Below, piece after piece: positions 43,538-52,279 of a stretch of DNA of 64,000 bases. The stretch comes from a virus, in IMG/VR virus record IMGVR_UViG_3300031965_000004, positions 1-64,000 of that record, one strand, 5' to 3'. The translations under genes and the position numbers were made by a program. Numbering within the stretch: the stretch's first letter is position 1; every line of letters starts with the position of its first letter. The notes beneath the pieces are model-generated. The model worked only from the letters and a program-made list of their open reading frames with translations. It was not told the origin of the DNA and ran no database searches.

Positions 43538-43966
43538 ATGGGCCTGTTCAGTTATGACGAGCTCTCGCGCGGTCTCGGGAACGCTGAACTAGAGGCGGTC
43601 CGGGCGCGGACCGATACCGCCTGTGTCACGCCCGGCTCGCCCGAATGCACGGCGGCTCGGGCCGAACTCTCTGTCTGGGAGGTCGAGTTTGCCAAGGCCG
43701 GGAAAACGGCGACGTCGGGGCCCGCGCCAAGCGCAGCTCCGCAACGGTCGTTCGTCGAGCGTTGGGCCGAACTCGAGGCCGCGTTCTTCCCGCCCCTGCC
43801 CCCCCAAGGACTGGTCCAGCAGGCGCCGCCCCCGCCCCCTCCCCCTCCCGCCCCCGCCCCCGAGCCTGCGCAGCCCCAGGTCGTCATCATGCCGGCGGCA
43901 GCGGCTGGCGGCGGGATCGCGTTGATCGCGCTCGCGATCGGCCTCTACGCGGTGCTGAAGAAGTGA
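43538..43966 (+). CDS. Membrane protein (GLG motif, C-terminal TM)
   Basis: SRGLGN...IGLYAVLKK. Confidence 0.75.
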   Translation: MGLFSYDELSRGLGNAELEAVRARTDTACVTPGSPECTAARAELSVWEVEFAKAGKTATSGPAPSAAPQRSFVERWAELEAAFFPPLPPQGLVQQAPPPPPPPPAPAPEPAQPQVVIMPAAAAGGGIALIALAIGLYAVLKK

Positions 43967-44127
43967 ACGACCCACGACGCATTGACGCCGGCGCTCAGGA
44001 CGAAGTCCGGATGCACTTGGAGAAGAAGAAGTCCCGACGAGCCGCATGGTGGGCCCTATCCCTAGTCGGTGTCGCAGCGCTAGGATCGGCGTTGTGGCGC
44101 AACTACGTCGCCAGGAGTGACGCATGA
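43963..44127 (+). CDS. Small membrane protein
   Basis: Coupled GTGA start; AWWALSLVGVAALGSALW. Confidence 0.65.
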   Translation: MNDPRRIDAGAQDEVRMHLEKKKSRRAAWWALSLVGVAALGSALWRNYVARSDA

Positions 44128-44879
44128 GTCTGAGCATGAGTGATTTGGGCTTAGGCGAGTCGCTCCGGCTCGGCCCTCAGTTTGCGCCCGTGCCTCAAGG
44201 CACACGCCTGCGCGTGATCCAGCGAGGACCTCACGGAGCCAGTCTCGCGCCCCGCCCGCCCTACACGCCCGAAGGCGGGTTCCAGTGGTGGAGCGAGCAA
44301 GTCGCCCCCGACCCCTGGCAGCCACAACAGAGCGTGGTGGGGTTCATGGGCCTAGGCGCGGAGGGCACAAAGCCAGAGGCCACTTACGCGGTCAAGCGAG
44401 ACGTTGAGCGCGAGTCCAAGCGCCTCGCCGCGGATTCAGTCAACCCTCCGCCACACATGATCCAGCCGCTGATCGCTCAGGCGCAGGGGGTCCTTGGGCT
44501 TCTGAACGGTCACCGTGCGTGGTCGTCAGGCTGGCACTTGGGCTTCTGGGGGCGAAGCAGCCAAGAAGACCGAGCCGACCTCCAGGTCGCCCTTCAGAAC
44601 CTCACGCGCCGCCAGTCGGATCCCATGACCGTGACGAAGCAGCCAATGCAAGACGCGAAGAGAACAGGCGACTTCGCGTGGGGCGAGACGACGGCGCGAG
44701 CGGGGACCTTGGCAGAGAAGACGGCTCGAGTGATCGAAAACGCGGGTGGGGCGGCGAGTTCGATCCTCGACAGCCCCAAAGCGACGGCGGCGGTGGTCGT
44801 CCTGCTCGGGCTCGTGGGCCTAGGCGTCCACGCCTACGCGTCAGGCAAGGGCTCCGGGCCCACGATTCGGGTCGGGTAG
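44124..44879 (+). CDS. Membrane protein (two GLG motifs, C-terminal TM)
   Basis: DLGLGE, FMGLGA; AAVVVLLGLVGLGV. Confidence 0.75.
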   Translation: MSLSMSDLGLGESLRLGPQFAPVPQGTRLRVIQRGPHGASLAPRPPYTPEGGFQWWSEQVAPDPWQPQQSVVGFMGLGAEGTKPEATYAVKRDVERESKRLAADSVNPPPHMIQPLIAQAQGVLGLLNGHRAWSSGWHLGFWGRSSQEDRADLQVALQNLTRRQSDPMTVTKQPMQDAKRTGDFAWGETTARAGTLAEKTARVIENAGGAASSILDSPKATAAVVVLLGLVGLGVHAYASGKGSGPTIRVG

Positions 44880-44884
44880 TCGCC

Positions 44885-45637
44885 GTGAGCTCCTTCACCA
44901 TGGCTGACTTCGGGCTCGCCGGTCGCGGCTGGGACGACCCTTGCGGACGCTCCGCTAGCTGCCCCCCGATCGTCATTCAACAGGGGTGCTGTCCTGTCAC
45001 GGGGCGACCCCTTGGGCAGCCCTGGGGTCCCGCGGGGTATTCTCGTCCCTCGACGGTGACCCCGGGGCCTGCGCCCTCGGGGATTCAGCCTCCGCCTCAC
45101 GTCCGCGACCCTCGAGTCCAGCCTCCGCCCGCGCAGGACCCCAGGGTGCAACCGCCTCCGGTCCTCGACGATCCGCGCGTCCAGCCGCCGCCAATCACGA
45201 CTCCTCCGCCGGCCGTTGCACTTCCGCAGCCGCCGGCCGGGGTGCCGGGTAGCGGCGGGATCGCGCTTCCGCGGAGCTTCGTCCCCGCCGGCGGGTTCGT
45301 CGCCCCAGGCGCCACGGGTTCGATCCCGTTCAGCGCTCCGCTCGAGGCCACGTCCACAGCACAAGCGCCTGCGGACCCGAGCCTGCTCGTCTTCAAGGAC
45401 GCCTGGAAGGACATGCAGACCGCGACGCCGCCAGGCGGGCTGGACCTCGCCGCGATCCAGAACAGCGGGCGCAAACAGGCAGTCCCAGGCGCCCAGGGCG
45501 GCTACATGCCCGCCCAGAGCGGGTCGTTGAGCGTGGCTGGGCTAGGCAGCCTTGCCGCCCTCACCTCGAGCGGGTTCTTCGACGTGCAGGCCAGGCCGGG
45601 GGTCGTGCCCTTCGGGTTCCGCGGGGAGCGCTTCTAG
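44885..45637 (+). CDS. Pro-rich protein with DPRVQPPP repeats
   Basis: GTG start; three DPRVQPPP copies; AGLGS. Confidence 0.7.
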   Translation: MSSFTMADFGLAGRGWDDPCGRSASCPPIVIQQGCCPVTGRPLGQPWGPAGYSRPSTVTPGPAPSGIQPPPHVRDPRVQPPPAQDPRVQPPPVLDDPRVQPPPITTPPPAVALPQPPAGVPGSGGIALPRSFVPAGGFVAPGATGSIPFSAPLEATSTAQAPADPSLLVFKDAWKDMQTATPPGGLDLAAIQNSGRKQAVPGAQGGYMPAQSGSLSVAGLGSLAALTSSGFFDVQARPGVVPFGFRGERF

Positions 45638-46762
45638 GTGGCCTACGCCCGCGTCAGCAACCCGTTCTTCGCACCGCCGGCCGTGAGCTACGCCAACCCG
45701 GGCGTCGACCGGGAGACGTTGCCCCTGTTCACCGACGTGGGCCCCTACCAGATCCGCTACTTCCGCCTGCCGGGCATGGCAGGGATCGGCTGGGAGGTCG
45801 TTCACTTCTTGGGCGGGCCCGTGTTCTGGCCTGGTGGCAAAGAGGAGATGTGGTCCCCTCCAGGCCAAGGCGGGTCGAGGACGGTCGCCGGCGCCGAGAA
45901 GGCCGCTCGAGCGGCGATTGCCGACCTCGCTCCCCAACCGCGCAAGCGGAGCTGGGAGGTCCGGGTCAACAAGAACCCGGCGCAGAGCGACTTCGAGGTG
46001 TTCCTGATCCACAAAATCAGTGACTTGCTCGAGGGCGTTCGGGACAAGGTGCTTGACGGAGTCCCGTTCTGGGACACGTCGCCTCTGGTCGTTGCGGCGA
46101 TGAAGGTGATCGACGCGCACGCAGACACGTTGAATCCGCATGACCCCCACTTGAGGAGCGCTCGGGAGTTCATGGCTCGAGCGTGGCACAACTCGGCTTC
46201 TGGCGGCTCGGCGCGTGGCACGGTCTGGGCGCTCAACCTCGCCGCGAACAACCTCCATCACTACGCGCAGGGCTGGGTCAACGCGACGCGGAGTCTTCGG
46301 AACCCGTTCTTCGCGCCACCGGCCGTGAACTACACCCAGAACCCGCTCTGCGAGCCCAACCCAGAGGTTCACCGCTACGTCGTGAAGGACAAGTCGGGCC
46401 GCCCCGTGGCTCGGCTCCAGGCATACAACTTGGACGACGCTCGCCAGCGCGCAGCTTCGCACGGATTCTCTGGGCGCAAGTTCCGGGTCAACCGCGAGGG
46501 CGCCAAGGCCAACCCTGGCGGGAAGGTGTTCTACGTCTACGTCCAGGGCGAGCCGGATCCGATCGGGTCGGTCCAGGCGAAGACGGAGCGCTCAGCTCTG
46601 ACGCAAGCCCGCAAACGCTTCGGGCGAAGTGACTTGACCGTCGTCGACGAGGCCGGCGCGCACACCCCCGGACAAATGTTCGCAGCCAGTGCGGACTTGA
46701 CGGCCGAGGACGAAAAGCGACTCAAGCGAGAAGCCACCGGCGGCCAGGGGTTCCTTTTCTAA
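45638..46762 (+). CDS. NP-segmented multidomain protein
   Basis: 8 NP motifs; duplicated NPFFAPPAV.Y block. Confidence 0.75.
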   Translation: MAYARVSNPFFAPPAVSYANPGVDRETLPLFTDVGPYQIRYFRLPGMAGIGWEVVHFLGGPVFWPGGKEEMWSPPGQGGSRTVAGAEKAARAAIADLAPQPRKRSWEVRVNKNPAQSDFEVFLIHKISDLLEGVRDKVLDGVPFWDTSPLVVAAMKVIDAHADTLNPHDPHLRSAREFMARAWHNSASGGSARGTVWALNLAANNLHHYAQGWVNATRSLRNPFFAPPAVNYTQNPLCEPNPEVHRYVVKDKSGRPVARLQAYNLDDARQRAASHGFSGRKFRVNREGAKANPGGKVFYVYVQGEPDPIGSVQAKTERSALTQARKRFGRSDLTVVDEAGAHTPGQMFAASADLTAEDEKRLKREATGGQGFLF

Positions 46763-48120
46763 TGCCGCTCCTCGCCTTCGTCTCCAATCCTCCTCGCCAC
46801 CCGCGCTCCCGGCGGGCGTCTCCGGTTCGTCGGGAAAACCCCCTAAAGTTCACAGGGCCAAGCCTGACGTTGATGCCGTTTAACCCCTTCCAGAAGGTTT
46901 CGATCGACTTGTTCGGGGCCAGCTTCCAGCCGGTGGCTGGGAAGCCGGCGCAGAGCAACCCCTACAAGCAGACGGGGGCTTATTGGGAGGTCCCTGAGCG
47001 ACTCTGGCCGGACAACATGAAGCCGAAAGACTTCGACGCCTACGTGCAGACCCGGCACGGGTTGGACGTTCGCGAGCTGGTCGAGGGGCGCTTTAAGGTT
47101 CCGGGATACAACACGCCCGACGAGCGGATCATTGCCGTCAACGAGAGCCGCGCGTCGCGCGGGCTGCCTATGCTCACGCACGAAGAGTGGCGACGTTGGG
47201 TGATCCTCGACGTTGTTGGACAACTCTACGAGGAGGAGGAGATCGCGCAGTCGGATCGGCGTTCGCGCAAGGACCCCGAGTTTGCGACGGGTCCTCTCGT
47301 CATGCCTCGTGCGCGCACCACCCGGCGAGAGGGCGGGCCTGGCCGGAGCGCCCCCTCGCGCTCGCGCGTTCCTTCGCGGGCGCCACTTGCCGAGGACCGA
47401 GAAGCTCTTGGGCTTGCACGGAAGGAGGCCGAGCGGGCCGTCGAAGAGGAACGTCGCCTGCGCATTGCTGCCATGCGTGCGGAGCTCGAGCGCAGGCAGG
47501 CCGCGCGCGAGGCGGGGATCACGCGCGAGGGCACGGCCAAGGCGGCTGCCATGCTGCGCGGACTCGTCGCCGCCTACCGCGGCCAACGCGACGAGCTCGC
47601 CGAGGCCATAGGAATCAGTGAGCAACGCCTGACCGACTTTCTCGTCGGGCGCTACGCAATCCCAGGCGTTGTAGTCCAGCGGATTGACGCCCTGGCGAAC
47701 AAGCACGGGGTCCGGGTTGCAAACCCGGCCACAATGCCCCGCCAGCGCAACCGTGACCACCGTTGGCGCGAGCCGCCAGAGGAGGAGGAGGTCTCGCTCG
47801 ACGAAGTCAAGCACCTCCCGGGTTACGCGAAGGCGCTCAAGCAGTTCAAGCGCTTCCACAAAACGGACCCGCAAGTCGCCCGGATCATTCGCGTCCCTGA
47901 CGGTCGCAAGAAGACGAGTCTCGCCAACGGTGGCGTCCACGTCTTCCTTGGGCACAGGGAGCAAACGCCGTATACCGTCCCGTTCGGCTCGAAGAAGGAC
48001 ACTCGCTGGTATCACGACCACCCTGAAGGTGATCGTCCTTCGATCCTCCTCGACCCCGCGACGGGTCTCGTTATGGACGTGGGCGGGACCTACATGGTCG
48101 ACGACTGGTTCTATTCGTGA
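46762..48120 (+). CDS. NP-segmented multidomain protein including an XRE-like HTH
   Basis: 5 NP motifs; RDELAEAIGISEQRLTDFLVG; C-terminal FKRFH..WYHDH..GGTY domain. Confidence 0.75.
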   Translation: MPLLAFVSNPPRHPRSRRASPVRRENPLKFTGPSLTLMPFNPFQKVSIDLFGASFQPVAGKPAQSNPYKQTGAYWEVPERLWPDNMKPKDFDAYVQTRHGLDVRELVEGRFKVPGYNTPDERIIAVNESRASRGLPMLTHEEWRRWVILDVVGQLYEEEEIAQSDRRSRKDPEFATGPLVMPRARTTRREGGPGRSAPSRSRVPSRAPLAEDREALGLARKEAERAVEEERRLRIAAMRAELERRQAAREAGITREGTAKAAAMLRGLVAAYRGQRDELAEAIGISEQRLTDFLVGRYAIPGVVVQRIDALANKHGVRVANPATMPRQRNRDHRWREPPEEEEVSLDEVKHLPGYAKALKQFKRFHKTDPQVARIIRVPDGRKKTSLANGGVHVFLGHREQTPYTVPFGSKKDTRWYHDHPEGDRPSILLDPATGLVMDVGGTYMVDDWFYS

Positions 48121-48141
48121 GCAGCCAGATAGGGTCTGGCG

Positions 48142-48166
48142 CTACCCCCGCCTCGACGTGTAGGTT
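48142..48166 (+). promoter_or_regulatory. CTAC-N15-TAGGTT promoter
   Basis: Exact motif upstream of the core/capsid unit. Confidence 0.7.
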
Positions 48167-48217
48167 TTCTCTAGGGGGGGTTCCCCTCCTGCTTGCACCT
48201 CTCGACTGAGGGTCGGA

Positions 48218-49573
48218 ATGCTCGAATTCGTAGTGCTCAACCCCCTCGGGGCGAAGGCCGGATCAAGAAAGAGGGGCTCAATGGCCACCAAGAAGAAGCG
48301 CCGGCCGACCCGCCGGGTTGTCAAGAAGAAGGCGACTCGTCGCCCCGCCGCCAAGAAGAAGACCGTCCGTCGCAAGAAGGCGACCCGGCGTCCGGCCGCC
48401 AAGAAGAAGACCGTCCGTCGCAAGAAGGCGACCCGGCGTCCGGCTGCCAAGAAGAAGACCGCCCGGCGGCGCAACCCGGTCGCCAAGAGGATCAAGGCCG
48501 GGATCGCTTCCGGCTGGCGCCCGACAGCAGCGCAGCGCCGGGCCATCGCCCGCGCCAAGGCCACCCGTAAGGCGAAGCGCACGACGGCCCAGCGGCGCGC
48601 GTCTGCGCTGAAGGTGAGCTACTCCAAGCAGAGTCCCTCGCGCGAGAAGAAGTGGAATGCATACAGCGCAGCGGCCCGGGGTGCTGGCAAGAAGCCGGTG
48701 CGGAAGTCGTCTGTCAAGCTGCTCGCAGGCTACCCCATGAGCAAGGCGCGCCGGGCGAAATACATTCGCGAGGGCAAGCTGTCCTCGCGGGGGCATGCGA
48801 ACCCGCCCAAGCGCCGCAAGAAGGCTCGTCGGAAGAACCCGAGCATTCAGAGCGCGTTCCGCCAGCTCGGTCAGGCGAACTTCTGGATCTCAGGCGGTCA
48901 GGCCGTCGCCGGTATCAGCGCCGTCGTCGTCCTGCCTTCGGTGATCGAGCAAGTCGCGGCCAAGCTGGGCGCCGGTGCCTACGTCCGCAACTCCGGTGGC
49001 ATGGGCGTGGCTCTGGCCGCGGTCTCGACTGCCCTGGCCATGTTCGGCGCGCAAGCCGTCGAGAACATGGCGATCAAGCGTGGGATCGCGCCCAAGGCGT
49101 TCAACGGTCTGTCGACTCGCGTCGCTCTCGGTGGCGTGATCGTGACCGTGCTCAAGGGGCTCGAGGTCTTCGCGCGCGGCTTCCACAGCCGCCTCAATCT
49201 GCCGACCGTCCCGGCCCCGTTCATTCGGGTCCCGGGGATCTCGGCAGCGCCCGCGCCAGCTCCGAGCAACGCTGTGTCCGATTGGGTGCAGCTCAAGGGC
49301 ATGGGCGACTGGATGCAACTCCAGGGCATGGGCCTCGGCGGCATGAGCGGCATGAGCGGCATGAGCGGCGTCGAAATGCCCGACCAACTGGTCCTGGGCG
49401 AGTCCTTCGCTCGCTCGGTGTCTCAGTTCGACGGAATCGGTGACTACCGGATCCCCATGAACTCGATCCGCGGCATGGGCGACTATGTCGGCACGGCCCA
49501 GCAAGCCGGTGGAGCGCTCACCATGAGCGCTCCGCAGCAGAATTGGGAGCCCTCTCCCCTCGAGACGTTCTAG
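48218..49573 (+). CDS. Putative core/DNA-condensing membrane protein: histone-H1-like repeats, hydrophobic segments, G[MI]G repeats
   Basis: KKATRRPAAKKKT x3; 4 NP motifs; about 3 hydrophobic helices; GMGD, GIGD and MSGMSGMSG. Confidence 0.75.
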   Translation: MLEFVVLNPLGAKAGSRKRGSMATKKKRRPTRRVVKKKATRRPAAKKKTVRRKKATRRPAAKKKTVRRKKATRRPAAKKKTARRRNPVAKRIKAGIASGWRPTAAQRRAIARAKATRKAKRTTAQRRASALKVSYSKQSPSREKKWNAYSAAARGAGKKPVRKSSVKLLAGYPMSKARRAKYIREGKLSSRGHANPPKRRKKARRKNPSIQSAFRQLGQANFWISGGQAVAGISAVVVLPSVIEQVAAKLGAGAYVRNSGGMGVALAAVSTALAMFGAQAVENMAIKRGIAPKAFNGLSTRVALGGVIVTVLKGLEVFARGFHSRLNLPTVPAPFIRVPGISAAPAPAPSNAVSDWVQLKGMGDWMQLQGMGLGGMSGMSGMSGVEMPDQLVLGESFARSVSQFDGIGDYRIPMNSIRGMGDYVGTAQQAGGALTMSAPQQNWEPSPLETF

Positions 49574-49739
49574 TCTCGACCCTCCACTCAGAGCGGGGCT
49601 GGCAGGACCTGCTCTGAGTGACCACTCCTCAGCCGAGGTGACGACCACCCAAACACCGGACGTGTCCACTACGGACTCGTTCGCGTTGTCGTCACGAAGG
49701 TGACCCGGACTCCGGGCCCTACAACTGAAGGAGGCTGTC

Positions 49740-50435
49740 ATGGCCCTGAAGATCGTTCCCATTCCGGCCGTTGGCGCGGTCGGCTCCCGCCCGCGGAAAG
49801 AGCCTATCTACGACACAGAGCGCTACACCGGTGGTGTCGCGCCTCCCACGTCGATCAGCCTCTTCAACAACTTCTCGGCGTTCAGCAACCCGCTGGGTGC
49901 GCTCCTCGTCGGCCCCGCGGTCGGTGGCACGCTGACGAAGACGTTCTCGCGGGACACAAACCTCAGCGGGCAGCAGGGTTTGCCGGCAGCTCATCACCAC
50001 TACTGGTTCGCGATGCGCTGCAAGATCCGCTCGATGGAGTGCGACCTGTCGCAAGCCACCGCGGCGCGGGTCCCCGAGCAGCTCAACCGCCTCCGCGAGC
50101 TGAGCGCGGTCCAGTTCCGGTTCGCCTCGAGCGAACTTTTCAACTGCCAACTGGACGAGATCCCGAACGGAACGGGACCCCAGCACATCGCCACGACGCA
50201 CACCGGCGTCACGGCTCTGTCGCTGCCGAGCGGCGTCCCAACGCGCTCCAACGCCAAGGACGTCACGATCAGCGGCAAGCCCGTCGAGATCGTCGCGCTC
50301 GAAAGTTTTCGAGTGGACATTCTCACCGGCCAGGCCGGTGCGGACCCCCTCACGGGAACGGCGTTCAGCCTCATCACGGACCTCTACCTGACGATCGTGC
50401 TCGAGGGCCTGCTATTGCGCGGGATCACCGGCTGA
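49740..50435 (+). CDS. Candidate major capsid protein (jelly-roll-like)
   Basis: Strong AAGGAGG SD, strong terminator after it, beta-rich; PIYDT..LF..KT..DTNL...GLP pattern; follows the core protein. Confidence 0.55.
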   Translation: MALKIVPIPAVGAVGSRPRKEPIYDTERYTGGVAPPTSISLFNNFSAFSNPLGALLVGPAVGGTLTKTFSRDTNLSGQQGLPAAHHHYWFAMRCKIRSMECDLSQATAARVPEQLNRLRELSAVQFRFASSELFNCQLDEIPNGTGPQHIATTHTGVTALSLPSGVPTRSNAKDVTISGKPVEIVALESFRVDILTGQAGADPLTGTAFSLITDLYLTIVLEGLLLRGITG

Positions 50436-50472
50436 GGGTCTTCTTCAACCCATTGCGGGTTGGGGATTTACG

Positions 50473-50511
50473 AGAGAGGCTTCCTCGCTGAGGGAGCCTC
50501 TCTTCGTTTGT
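50473..50511 (+). terminator. Intrinsic terminator
   Basis: 14-bp stem AGAGAGGCTTCCTC/GAGGGAGCCTCTCT followed by TCGTTTGT. Confidence 0.8.
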
Positions 50512-50567
50512 GGAAGGTCTTCTTGTCGGACCTGTGCCTATGCTTCCCGGTGGCCAGGGGAGGCGCT

Positions 50568-52169
50568 GTGGACAAGCAGAAACGCCGGCAGCGGAGACTC
50601 AAGATCAAGCCGCAGGGGTGCATGTCGCGAGATAAGGCGTGGCTGTTGGGCTTCATGGCGGGTGACGGAAACGTGAGCGTGGCAGAAGACGGCGGCGCCC
50701 ATGTGTCAGCCAACTGCGGAGTCGCGGAGGACTCCGCCAACATGGCGCTGGCTGAGCGCGTTGCGGAGCTTTTCCGGAGGATCTACGACGTCCCCGCTCA
50801 CGTCCGGGTTCAGTCCCGGGATCCGGGGCGCCTTCCTTACTGCCAGCCGATTCTTTATCGGCGGGCAGTCGCTGACGACATACTGTCGCACGGTCCGATC
50901 GGGACTTACGATTGGACCGTTCCGGCGGAGGTTCGGCGAGACAAGGAACTCGCTGGGGCGTGGCTGTCAGGCTTGTGGGACGCAGAAGGAAACGTCTCCC
51001 TTGATCCTGACGTCTCGAGGCGAACGGTCAGCGTCAGCAGCGTGAACGAGCTTGGTTTGCGCGTGGTGAAGGCCATGGTCGAGTCGCTCGGGATTCGCTG
51101 TTCGTGGCATACGGACGACGGCAAGTCCGAGAGGAGCCCCGGCTGCCTGCCGGAGAACAAGGTGATGGTGTGCAGCCAGGCAGCCATGGGGGGCTTCGCC
51201 GAGAAAATCGGGTTCACCCACCAGGGCAAGGCGGCGAGTTTGGCGAGCCTGCTCGCGAGCTATAGCCGCGAGGTGCCTAACCTCCTGTCGCACGAGGTTA
51301 GAGAGTTGCTCCCCGAGATTCTGAAGCGGCGCGCAGCGGGGGCCCCGTTCTCGGCCATAGCGACGGAGTTGCAGTTTTCAACGCCAGAGGTGGCCAAGGG
51401 AATGGTCAAGCGGGCGTCGAAAGCCGCAGGCAATCAGTGCCTGATTTGCCTCGAGCGTCCTGCAACGCATTCGATCCCGCGAGTCATCAAGGGGCGGTCT
51501 GGTAAATACGTCTGCGAGCCGTGCCTGGTCTCTCTTGAGCCTGCCGAGGCTGTCCCCGAGTGGGGCGACGAGCTCGTGAAGCAGTCCGCGCGAAAGGTCG
51601 CTGACTTCTTGGACGAGCACCATTACCTCGGGCGTCGCGGCGGCGTGAGCGACTTCGCACTGCGCAACGCGGCCGGCGTCCTCGTCTTCTCACGCCGGCC
51701 GCAAGCAGCCGGCTTGCCGCGGGATTGGTTGGAACTGTCTCGGTGGTGCCTGGTCCCGGGCGGCGTCAACGTAGGCACCGCTCAGTGGGCGCAGGTCAAG
51801 CGCTGGTTGCTCGAGAACACGGACGCATCGACCGTCGTCAGCTACAGCGATCCGGCCCGACACGACGGGGCGATCTACCGGGCCGCCGGGTGGCTCTGGG
51901 CGCCTTCGTCCAGCTTCCTCTTGAAGAACATGAAATTGAGCGGAGAGCGCTACCCAGAGAAGCCCTACACCGACAAGAACCGCTGGGTCTACCCGCTCAG
52001 GCGAGACGAGCGCCGGGCTGAGGCGTTGACCGTCCGAAACCCGTGGCTCTGCAACAGCGAGCGCTACAAGTTCCTGTGCGACTGGCCCGAGCCGACGTGG
52101 AAGCGCGGCCGAGCTACAGGAGGGGGCAAGGACTACAAGCGCTGGAAGGCGCTTCTCGCTTCTCGCTAG
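50568..52169 (+). CDS. LAGLIDADG endonuclease-like domains fused to a Mom-like GNAT DNA-modification domain
   Basis: WLLGFMAGDG and WLSGLWDAEG; FLDEHHYLG, ELSRWC, VVSYSDP..HDGAIYRAAGW. Confidence 0.8.
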   Translation: MDKQKRRQRRLKIKPQGCMSRDKAWLLGFMAGDGNVSVAEDGGAHVSANCGVAEDSANMALAERVAELFRRIYDVPAHVRVQSRDPGRLPYCQPILYRRAVADDILSHGPIGTYDWTVPAEVRRDKELAGAWLSGLWDAEGNVSLDPDVSRRTVSVSSVNELGLRVVKAMVESLGIRCSWHTDDGKSERSPGCLPENKVMVCSQAAMGGFAEKIGFTHQGKAASLASLLASYSREVPNLLSHEVRELLPEILKRRAAGAPFSAIATELQFSTPEVAKGMVKRASKAAGNQCLICLERPATHSIPRVIKGRSGKYVCEPCLVSLEPAEAVPEWGDELVKQSARKVADFLDEHHYLGRRGGVSDFALRNAAGVLVFSRRPQAAGLPRDWLELSRWCLVPGGVNVGTAQWAQVKRWLLENTDASTVVSYSDPARHDGAIYRAAGWLWAPSSSFLLKNMKLSGERYPEKPYTDKNRWVYPLRRDERRAEALTVRNPWLCNSERYKFLCDWPEPTWKRGRATGGGKDYKRWKALLASR

Positions 52170-52198
52170 GCGTCAGAGGAGCCAATTCCCCCCTCGCG

Positions 52199-52223
52199 CT
52201 ACCTCGGGGGGGGAGGCTACGAT
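52199..52223 (+). promoter_or_regulatory. CTAC-N15-TACGAT promoter
   Basis: Exact motif upstream of 52280. Confidence 0.7.
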
Positions 52224-52279
52224 TCAAGGGCCGGAGCCTCGAGCTCCAATGCTTTCGCACCCAGCCCCTTCGGAGCACC

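Noticed and set aside
50568-51300. Intein
   Set aside because: No N-terminal Cys/Ser splice block or His-Asn end, and no interrupted host protein.
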